A stretch of DNA of 64,000 bases, taken from Nitrosopumilaceae archaeon. GTDB taxonomy: Archaea > Thermoproteota > Nitrososphaeria > Nitrososphaerales > Nitrosopumilaceae. A program made the translations under genes and the position numbers. Each line of letters begins with the position of its first letter. Position 1 is the stretch's first letter. The stretch spans positions 224,001 through 288,000 of the forward strand of contig CBDBCR010000003.1 in the NCBI GenBank assembly GCA_965203465.1, given 5' to 3'. The notes under the pieces were generated by a model, which saw nothing but the letters and a program-made list of their open reading frames with translations, had not been told where the DNA came from and did no database searches. Shown here in pieces: positions 41,331 through 48,944 of the stretch.

Positions 41331-42154
41331 GATCTGCTGGCGCGCGCCATCATCCACAGTATTATGACGGCCGCAAAGGCGACGGCGAACCCGGCGGCGG
41401 TCCCGTACACCAAGTCGCGGGCGGTGTTCGCGGCAGGCGGGGACGCGGCCGGCACGCAGACCTCGCCGGAGAGCACCAGGCCCGGGCCGCACGAGGCCAC
41501 GCAGACGCCGTCGAGCTCGTACGTGCCCTCTCCGCATACCACGGAGCCGGCCGCGGGCGGGGCCGGGGTTGCGGTCGGAGTAGTTGGCTGCGCCGGATCC
41601 GCGGGTTCGGGATCCGGCGGAGTTGCGGGTTCGGGATCCGGCGGAGTTGCGGGTTCGGGATCCGGCGGAGTTGCGGGCGGCGCGGGCTCCGGAGTTGCCG
41701 GCGCCGGAGTTGCGGGTTCGGGATCCGGCGGAGTTGCGGGTTCGGGATCCGGCGGAGTTGTGGGCGGCGCGGGCTCGGGCGTGCCGGCGCCCAGATCGTC
41801 GTACAGTATCTGGACCGCAAAGGAGGCCACGTCGAGCATGACGGATATGACGATGTCGGAGCCGTCCCGCTCCGCCTCGAATTGCGCGGTGCCAAAGTCT
41901 ACCAAGACGTCTACCCGCGACGGATCCGACGAGCCGAATATCTCGGACGGCACGGTTATGCGCAGCGTGGCGTCGTCGTCTGCGGACACGTCAATGTCCA
42001 GCGAGCCGGTGGCGTCGAGCACCGCGCCGCTCACTTCCACGCCGGCGCCCGAATAGCCTATTTGGTAGTCGGTGCCGTCGACGGGAACCGTCTGTGCGTG
42101 CGCTGCCGGAACCGCCGCTGCCAGCGCGACCGCTACCCACAGGGCGTAATGCAC
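41318..42154 (-). CDS. surface protein with Pro-rich repeat linker and Cys-rich CGxG modules
   Basis: Signal peptide, repeated TPPDPEPA, CGEGTYELDGVC / CGPGLVLSGEVC, C-terminal TM helix. Confidence 0.75.
   Translation of the reverse strand: MHYALWVAVALAAAVPAAHAQTVPVDGTDYQIGYSGAGVEVSGAVLDATGSLDIDVSADDDATLRITVPSEIFGSSDPSRVDVLVDFGTAQFEAERDGSDIVISVMLDVASFAVQILYDDLGAGTPEPAPPTTPPDPEPATPPDPEPATPAPATPEPAPPATPPDPEPATPPDPEPATPPDPEPADPAQPTTPTATPAPPAAGSVVCGEGTYELDGVCVASCGPGLVLSGEVCVPAASPPAANTARDLVYGTAAGFAVAFAAVIILWMMARASRSQQP
41603..41760. repeat. 24-bp tandem repeat, 3+2 copies
   Basis: Unit GGGTTCGGGATCCGGCGGAGTTGC, encoding ATPPDPEP on the minus strand. Confidence 0.9.
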
Positions 42155-42332
42155 GCGCCGGCCCCGCCCAACTCACGTTTAAAGATAGCTTGCGGGCGTG
42201 CCGGAAAAACCCCCGCAAATCCGCCCGAGCGGTGGAATTCGGCGCTTTGGGACGGCTGCGAGTCTTCCAGCGGCCGGCCTCTTGCGCGACGCCCACGCCA
42301 ACACTCATAACGCGGTTCGCGCGTTTTCTTGC

Positions 42333-42800
42333 ATGGAATCCAAAAAGAACAGGATAAGGACGAACCTGATACGAAAACAGCAGGCGATCTTCTTGCTCAT
42401 GCTCGCGATCGGCATCGGCCTCTTGCTGGCAAGCCCGCTGTCCGGCCGCTACCTGGTGGCCGAGGGCATAGCCTTTATGTTGGTAGGGGTGGCAGGGCTC
42501 ATCATGTCGTGGACTACGTTCGACATAGGCGCCGGAATAAAGGAGGTGGTCCGCGAGGTGGGCAGGGAGAACAGGGAAGCGATGGACTCTCTGGCGGCGT
42601 CTCAGAAGGAGATGGCGGCGTCGATGGACAGAATGGCGGCGTCTCAGAAGGAGATGGCGGCGTCTCAGAAGGAGATGGCGGCGTCTCAGAAGGAGACTCA
42701 AATGATGATAGCAGCGTCGATGGGCAAGATATCAGAATCCCAAGACAGCATAGCAAGGCTGCTGGAGCGCGTGGTAAAGAACACCGGCACGGGTGCATGA
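42333..42800 (+). CDS. two-TM protein with heptad-repeat coiled coil, copy 1 (155 aa)
   Basis: MESKKNRIR.., two TM helices, four AASQKE units. Confidence 0.8.
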   Translation: MESKKNRIRTNLIRKQQAIFLLMLAIGIGLLLASPLSGRYLVAEGIAFMLVGVAGLIMSWTTFDIGAGIKEVVREVGRENREAMDSLAASQKEMAASMDRMAASQKEMAASQKEMAASQKETQMMIAASMGKISESQDSIARLLERVVKNTGTGA

Positions 42801-42987
42801 CGCCCGGACAACCCGGCCCCACCCAACTCGCGTTTAAAGATAGCTTGCGGGCGTGCCGGAAAAACCCCCGCAAATCCGCCCGAGCGGTGGAATTCGGCGC
42901 TTTGGGACGGCTGCGAGTCTTCCAGCGGCCGGCCTCTTGCGCGACGCCCACGCCAACACTCATAACGCGGTTCGCGCGTTTTCTTGC

Positions 42988-43413
42988 ATGGAATCCAAAA
43001 AGAACAGGATAAGGACGAACCTGATACGAAAACAGCAGGCCATCTTCTTGCTCATGCTCGCGATCGGCATCGGCCTCTTGCTGGCAAGCCCGCTGTCCGG
43101 CCGCTACCTGGTGGCCGAGGGCATAGCCTTTATGTTGGTAGGGGTGGCAGGGCTCATCATGTCGTGGACTACGTTCGACATAGGCGCCGGAATAAAGGAG
43201 GTGGTCCGCGAGGTGGGCAGGGAGAACAGGGAGGCGATGGACTCTCTGGCAGCGTCTCAGAAGGAGATGGCGGCGTCGATGGACAGAATGGCGGCGTCTC
43301 AGAAGGAGACTCAAATGATGATAGCGGCGTCGATGGACAAGATATCAGAATCCCAAGACAACATAGCAAGGCTGTTGGAGCGCGTGGTAAAGAACACCGG
43401 CACGGGGGCCTGA
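42988..43413 (+). CDS. two-TM protein with heptad-repeat coiled coil, copy 2 (141 aa)
   Basis: Same as copy 1 but two 21-bp units shorter. Confidence 0.8.
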   Translation: MESKKNRIRTNLIRKQQAIFLLMLAIGIGLLLASPLSGRYLVAEGIAFMLVGVAGLIMSWTTFDIGAGIKEVVREVGRENREAMDSLAASQKEMAASMDRMAASQKETQMMIAASMDKISESQDNIARLLERVVKNTGTGA

Positions 43414-43480
43414 CACCCGGACAACCCTGGCCCGCCCGCCACGCGCTTCGGGCATGGCCCCGGCTGGCGCGGATCGCGCG

Positions 43481-44785
43481 CTACGCGGGATCCGGCCCCA
43501 CGCCGAGGGCCACGTACTCGCCTGCCGCGCCGGGCCGCACTATCCTGCGCGTGTCTATGACCAGCCGGCGCCGCATGCGCGAGGTCTGGCGCGCCGAGAT
43601 GCGCGCGTACCCCTGCCAGGCGGTCATCACCACGGCGCAGTCTGCCAAGATGAGGCATTCGGACACGGTGCGGCAGTACTCGAAGCCTGGGCCGAGGACC
43701 GCGCGCGCGCCGTCTAGCGCCAGCGGATCGTGCAGGCGCACGCGGTACCCCGCGCGCGCCAGCCCGCGCGCCAGCGTTATCGAGACGGATCCGCGCACGT
43801 CCCCCGACCCTTCCTTGAACGCGAGCCCCAGCAGCGCCACCCGGGCGCCGCGCCGGAGCCGGGAGCGCACCGACCTTGCTACCGATTCGGCGCGCGCCCT
43901 GTTGGCGGCGCGCACGCCGCGCAGCAGCGAGCCGTCCGCGCCGGCCCTGCCGCACTCTGCTATCAGCGAGTCCAGGTCCTTTGGCAGGCACGAGCCCCCG
44001 AAGCCGGGCCCCGCGTTCAGGAAGAGCGGTCCGATGCGCGGATCGGCGCCGATGGACCTCGCCACGGAGTCCACGCGCGCGCCGGGCACGCGCTCGCACA
44101 TGCCGGCTATCGTGTTGATGAAGCTGATCTTTGTGGCAAGAAAGGCGTTGTTCGCGTACTTTGCCATCTCGGCGCCGGCCAGCGTGTCGTGGAATACGGG
44201 CACGCCCGGCGGCAGGATGCGCCGCAGCACCGCCGAGGCGCGCCTGCGCGAGGCCTGGTCATCGGTGCCCACCACCGCCGCGTGAGGCCTCTGCTGGTCG
44301 CGCACCGCGCTGCCCTCGCGCAGAAACTCCGGCATGCACGCGAGCAGCAGGCCGCGCCCCGCCTTCAGGCCCGAGCTTTTTTCCAGCGCCCTCTTGATCG
44401 GCCCGCCAGTCGTGCCCGGCGGCACGGTGCTCTTTACTGCCACCAGCGTGCCCCCGGCGCCGCGCATGGCCGAGCCGGCCTGGCCGGCGGCGGACACCAC
44501 GGCGCGCAGGTCCGCGCGGCCGCGTCTCCCCGGCGTGCCGACCGCCAGGAATATGCACGCGGCGCGCGCGTCGGCCGGCCCGAGCCCCGCCGAAAAAGAG
44601 ATCGAGCTTCCCGCGCGGCGCATCAGTTCCCGCAGCCCGGGCTCGAAGAACGGCACCTCCCCGCGCTCCAGCTTGGCGCGCAGGCCCGCGTCCTTTTCGA
44701 CGCAGTTGACCCCCACGCCGCGCGAGGCCATTACGGCCGCGAGCGAGAGCCCCACTACCCCCATACCCACGACCGCGGCGCGCAC
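43481..44785 (-). CDS. UDP-glucose/GDP-mannose dehydrogenase
   Basis: VVGMGVVG, KSTVPPGT, PEFLREG, GFGGSCLPKD, GLAFK. Confidence 0.93.
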   Translation of the reverse strand: MRAAVVGMGVVGLSLAAVMASRGVGVNCVEKDAGLRAKLERGEVPFFEPGLRELMRRAGSSISFSAGLGPADARAACIFLAVGTPGRRGRADLRAVVSAAGQAGSAMRGAGGTLVAVKSTVPPGTTGGPIKRALEKSSGLKAGRGLLLACMPEFLREGSAVRDQQRPHAAVVGTDDQASRRRASAVLRRILPPGVPVFHDTLAGAEMAKYANNAFLATKISFINTIAGMCERVPGARVDSVARSIGADPRIGPLFLNAGPGFGGSCLPKDLDSLIAECGRAGADGSLLRGVRAANRARAESVARSVRSRLRRGARVALLGLAFKEGSGDVRGSVSITLARGLARAGYRVRLHDPLALDGARAVLGPGFEYCRTVSECLILADCAVVMTAWQGYARISARQTSRMRRRLVIDTRRIVRPGAAGEYVALGVGPDPA

Positions 44786-44899
44786 GGGGGCGGGCCGGCC
44801 CGGGCGCGTATTAAACCGTGTACGGCGCCTGTTTCACGTCCGTGGAGCCGGATCCCAGGAAAGCTAGGTTAATTAAGCGACCCTGCGCGCCCCCGCCCC

Positions 44900-45418
44900 G
44901 TGAAGATGCAGGCGTCGCTGCGCAGGCTGCTCAACAAGCAGATAGGCATGGAGGCCGACGCGGCCAGAAAGTACCTGTCGGTGGCCTCGTGGGCAGAGTA
45001 CACCGGCTACGACGGCGCGGCATCGTTCTTTTACAACCAGTCCGACGAGGAGCGCGGGCACATGCTCAAGATAATCCACTTCATGAACAAGCTGGGGGTG
45101 CACGCCGAGGTGCCCACGTCGACAAAGCCGCCCACCTCGTTCAGATCCTTGGAGGCGGCCCTAAAGGTCGCCCTAAAGAGCGAGCAGGCCGTCTCGGCGG
45201 CCGTGACAAAGATAGTCGACGAGGCCGCGCGCCGCAAAAACTACCACGTGTACACCTTCATGCAGTGGTTCGTCACCGAGCAGGCCGAAGAGGAGGAAAA
45301 GTTCGAGGCCATCCTGCAAAAGTTCGACCTGATAGGCAGGGACAAGCTGGCGATCAACGAGATCGACAAGATCTTGGCCGCCGCGCCGGCCGGCGATCCG
45401 CCCGATCAGGGTGCCTGA
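44900..45418 (+). CDS. ferritin
   Basis: QSDEERGHMLKI, FMQWFVTEQAEEE. Confidence 0.93.
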   Translation: MKMQASLRRLLNKQIGMEADAARKYLSVASWAEYTGYDGAASFFYNQSDEERGHMLKIIHFMNKLGVHAEVPTSTKPPTSFRSLEAALKVALKSEQAVSAAVTKIVDEAARRKNYHVYTFMQWFVTEQAEEEEKFEAILQKFDLIGRDKLAINEIDKILAAAPAGDPPDQGA

Positions 45419-45944
45419 AGCAGCCGGTCACGTGGTCGTTCACAACCCCGACGGCCTGCATCAACGAGTAGCATATGACGGGCCCTGCGAACGTGAACCC
45501 GCGCCGCCGCAGGTCGGAGCTGAGCTTTTCCGACGCCGGCGTAGAGGCGGGCACCTCCTTTTCGCTCCGGAACCGGTTGACCACGGGCCTCTTGCCGCGC
45601 CACAGGTACCTGTCAAAGCTGCCGAATTCCGCCCGGACCTCAAGGAACCGCGCCGCGTTGTTGACCGCCGAGCGCACCTTGGCCCGGTTGCGCACTATGC
45701 GCGTATCGGAGAGCAGGCGCGCCTCGTCGCGCGCCCCGTACCCGGCCACCTTTGCCGGATCGAAGCCGTCGAAGGCGGCGCGGTACCCCCCGCGCCTCTC
45801 CAGTATAGTCCTCCACGAGAGGCCGGCCTGCGCGCCCTCGAGCACCAGAAACTCGAACAGCCGCCGATCGTCGTGCTCCGGCACGCCCCACTCCTCGTCG
45901 TGGTACCGCACCTCGGAAGGGGCCCGGGCCCAGCTGCAGCGCAA
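45354..45944 (-). CDS. tag: DNA-3-methyladenine glycosylase I
   Basis: RCSW, YHDEEWG, LEGAQAGLSW, NDHVTGC. Confidence 0.95.
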   Translation of the reverse strand: MRCSWARAPSEVRYHDEEWGVPEHDDRRLFEFLVLEGAQAGLSWRTILERRGGYRAAFDGFDPAKVAGYGARDEARLLSDTRIVRNRAKVRSAVNNAARFLEVRAEFGSFDRYLWRGKRPVVNRFRSEKEVPASTPASEKLSSDLRRRGFTFAGPVICYSLMQAVGVVNDHVTGCFRHPDRADRRPARRPRSCRSR

Positions 45945-46004
45945 CGCGCCCGCCCCGGCAGGGGCCCATAAAACCTTAAAATTTGGCCCGGCCGGGGCGC
46001 GGGC

Positions 46005-46583
46005 GTGTCCGACGGGCTGACCACCGGCGATCTGGCAAAGCTTGCAGAGGCCCGCGCCGAGCGGGCCGCCAAGGAGGCGGCCGACGCAAAGGCGGCCGCC
46101 GACGCGACCGCCGAAAAAGAGTACGCCGAGGCCGCAAAGACCGCCCAGGGGGCGTCGGCCGCCGACAAGTTCACCAACAAGCGCGCCGGCGAGCAGATAT
46201 TCAGGCGCGAGATGGGCGAGCCCGAGTTCTGGCTGACAAAGGAGGCGCTAGTGCCCCCCAGGCCCGTCCTCTCGCAGGAAGAGGCCGACGAGATAACCCG
46301 CAGGGTCGAGATACCGGCCGACCAGACCCCAAAGTACGAGCCCGAAAACGTGCTCAGCCCCGAGTTCGGCGGCATGTCCAACTACGAGCGCGGCGTGGGC
46401 GACTTCCGCGGCCGGCTGGAGGCCGAGCTGGAGCGGCTGCGCGCCGACCCGGGCGCCGACCCCCGCAGCATAGAGCGCGCCGAGCGCGAGATAGCCAAGA
46501 TGAGATCCCTGTACGAAAACTACCACGTGGGCATGAACGTCTTCCGCACCGCCAAGGGCGGCAGGGACAAGCTGAGGAAGTGA
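46005..46583 (+). CDS. conserved hypothetical protein
   Basis: 192-aa ORF ending NYHVGMNVFRTAKGGRDKLRK, abutting the hemA-like gene. Confidence 0.7.
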   Translation: MSDGLTTGDLAKLAEARAERAAKEAADAKAAADATAEKEYAEAAKTAQGASAADKFTNKRAGEQIFRREMGEPEFWLTKEALVPPRPVLSQEEADEITRRVEIPADQTPKYEPENVLSPEFGGMSNYERGVGDFRGRLEAELERLRADPGADPRSIERAEREIAKMRSLYENYHVGMNVFRTAKGGRDKLRK

Positions 46584-46584
46584 G

Positions 46585-47796
46585 ATGGAAGGCACCGACT
46601 ACACCCTGATCAGCGCCAGGGTCACCTTCAAGAACGTGCCCATGCACAAGATGTGCAGGTACCGCTTCAAGGACGCCGGCCCCGTCTGCGACGGCCTAAA
46701 GGCCATAAGCGGCGTGTCCGAGTGCGCCGTGGTGCAGACGACCAGCAGGGTCGAGATATACCTGGTGGCCGGCCCGGGCCCGGATCTGTCCGCGACGGTG
46801 CGCAGCATAGAGGAGGTCTGGGCCGACAACGCCGACCTCGACGAGTGGGACGTGGACCATTTCGACCAGACCATAGAGGTGTACACCGACCGCAGGGTGT
46901 GCCAGAATTTGCTGGAGCTTGCCACCGGCCTGCTCTCGGTGGTCACCGGCAAGAACGAGATAATGGGGCAGGTAAAGGACGCCGCGGCGGCGGCCAGGGA
47001 GGCGGGCCACTCGGGGCCGGTCCTCGACAAGCTCTTCGAGACGGCGCTGCGCGTCTCGGCCCGCATACGATCCGAGACGGGCATGGGCGGCAGCGTAAAG
47101 TCGATAGGCGACATCGCCGTAAAGATGGCCGACGAGAACGTCGGGCTCGACGCCAAGAAGAAGATACTGCTTCTGGGCACCGGCGAGAGGGCAGCCCGCG
47201 TGGCAAAGGCGCTCAACAGGCGCGAGGCAAAGTTCTCCGTGGCCAGCATGCAGGAGGAGCGCGCCGCCGGCTTTGCCCAGCTGTTCGGCGGCGAGCCGGC
47301 CGGATTCGGCGACGTCATGTCCGAGTTCGGCAAGTTCGACGTGGTCTTCGTGGCCACGACGGCCGACTACTTTATCCTCTCGCACGACCGCATACGGCGC
47401 CAGATGGACGGCAAGAACGTGGGCACCATGATACTGGACATCTCGGATCCGCGCGCGGTCAGCGAGGACGTCTCTCAGAGCCCCGGCGTGAAGCTGATGT
47501 TCAGCGACCAGGTGGACGAGCGGCACGCCGAGTTCCGCCGCCGGGCCGAGGCGCTCGTGCCGGCAGTCAAAAAGGCCGTCGCCGCCGAGGCGCCGGTGGT
47601 CGAGGCGGCCCTCAGGATGGTAAAGAGCGGCGGGCAGAGCAAGGACGTGTTCGCCAAGATAGACGAGATGCGCGAGGCCGAGCTGCGCCGCGCCCTCGAG
47701 CAGCTGGGCGAGATAGGCGAGGAAAAGGTCAAGATAATAGAAGGCCTGACGAGGTCGGTCGTCAAGAAGATAGTGGCCGCGCCCGAAAAGGACTAG
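46585..47796 (+). CDS. hemA: glutamyl-tRNA reductase-like protein (catalytic Cys absent)
   Basis: QTTSRVEIY, LATGLLSVVTGKNEIMGQVK, LLLGTGE, LDISDPR. Confidence 0.75.
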   Translation: MEGTDYTLISARVTFKNVPMHKMCRYRFKDAGPVCDGLKAISGVSECAVVQTTSRVEIYLVAGPGPDLSATVRSIEEVWADNADLDEWDVDHFDQTIEVYTDRRVCQNLLELATGLLSVVTGKNEIMGQVKDAAAAAREAGHSGPVLDKLFETALRVSARIRSETGMGGSVKSIGDIAVKMADENVGLDAKKKILLLGTGERAARVAKALNRREAKFSVASMQEERAAGFAQLFGGEPAGFGDVMSEFGKFDVVFVATTADYFILSHDRIRRQMDGKNVGTMILDISDPRAVSEDVSQSPGVKLMFSDQVDERHAEFRRRAEALVPAVKKAVAAEAPVVEAALRMVKSGGQSKDVFAKIDEMREAELRRALEQLGEIGEEKVKIIEGLTRSVVKKIVAAPEKD

Positions 47797-48626
47797 CCGT
47801 ACGATTCGTACTTTATCGAATAGCTGCCGTCCGGCTTCTTGTCGTGCAGCGTCACGAACCCGCGGTCCTTCACGTGCTCTATGACGCCGTCTATGGTCCC
47901 CTGGTAGCCGCATATGTAGATCATGGTGTTGTCCGGCGTTATCTGCTCGCCGACCATCTCGTCGATGGGCGAGGGCTTGCCCGGGCCGGGCGACTTGAAG
48001 AACGATTCGACCCTGCCTGTGTGGCCCGACCATGAGCGGTTGAACCACTCCTTGGGCCTGCTGATGGCCGCGCGGTACCTAAAGTTCCAGCCGCCCCCCG
48101 ACTGGTTCTCGAGGTCGGAAAACTCCTCCTTGTAGCTGAGCTCGTCTACGTAGCTTGCCCCGTGGAGCACCACTATCTCGCGCGTGTCGCCGACCGCGCG
48201 CAGGTGCTTGGCGAACGCCACGAACGGGGCTATGCCGGTGCCTCCCCCCACGCAGACTATCCTCCTGCGGTCGGGGCCGCCGCCGGGAAGCTCGTCGTCT
48301 ATGGTCAGCGCGTTGCCCGTCGGCATGCCGAAGCCTATCTTGTCGCCCTCGCTCGCGTAAAAGAGCATCGTGGTGACCCTGCCGGGCAGCGGCTTGCGCA
48401 CCCAGCGGATCACGAACTCGAAGTAGTCGCGGTTCTCCGGGTGGGAGGCGATAGAGTAGGCGCGCCGGACCACCTTGTAGCCCTCCGAGACGACGGGCAG
48501 CGCCAGGGTCAAGAACTGGCCCGTGGTGTATTCTGGCATGCCCTCGTCGGGCACCATGCGCAGTATCATCAGATCCTCGCGCAGCAGCCGTATGTGCGTT
48601 ATCGTAGCCTGGTGATCCTTTACCAC
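47793..48626 (-). CDS. ferredoxin-NADP+ reductase family protein
   Basis: GQFLTL, RRAYSIAS, GGGTGIAPF, YICG, C-terminal ESYG. Confidence 0.9.
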   Translation of the reverse strand: MVKDHQATITHIRLLREDLMILRMVPDEGMPEYTTGQFLTLALPVVSEGYKVVRRAYSIASHPENRDYFEFVIRWVRKPLPGRVTTMLFYASEGDKIGFGMPTGNALTIDDELPGGGPDRRRIVCVGGGTGIAPFVAFAKHLRAVGDTREIVVLHGASYVDELSYKEEFSDLENQSGGGWNFRYRAAISRPKEWFNRSWSGHTGRVESFFKSPGPGKPSPIDEMVGEQITPDNTMIYICGYQGTIDGVIEHVKDRGFVTLHDKKPDGSYSIKYESYG

Positions 48627-48669
48627 GGCTTGCGGCCCCCGGCTCGCATTAAATAGATTTTGGCCCGGC

Positions 48670-48866
48670 GCGGGTACACGGGCACCTCCCCGCCCGCGTC
48701 CCACGAGACTATGCCGGAGGGGTCGCGCAGGGCGTCGGTGTATTTTTTGCCCGCCGAGCGCCGAGGCCGCCATCTGGGTGAGCCCGAACTAGGGATGGTT
48801 TTCCAGGGACTGGACGAACTCTTGGCCCACCGATCCGGTCGCGCCGATGACCGCTGCCCGCTTCAC
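48670..48866 (-). pseudogene. asd: 5' fragment of aspartate-semialdehyde dehydrogenase
   Basis: MKRAAVIGATGSVGQEFVQSLENHP*FGLTQMAAS, frameshift, then RSAGKKYTDALRDPSGIVSWDAGGEVP. Confidence 0.8.
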
Positions 48867-48944
48867 GGGCCCGGGGCCCCACAAGGCAGGTAATAATTTT
48901 TGCAAAGGCCCGCCCCCGGCCGGCGGGCGCCCGTCCGAGGCAGG

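Larger units (their letters stand above)
42167..43436 (+). repeat. near-identical tandem duplication, period 655 bp
   Basis: CCCAACTC(A/G)CGTTTAAAGATAGC begins at 42167 and 42822; upstream region and CDS are both duplicated. Confidence 0.95.

Noticed and set aside
41603-41760. 24-bp repeats as a CRISPR array
   Set aside because: Copies are directly adjacent without unique spacers and encode an in-frame Pro-rich linker.
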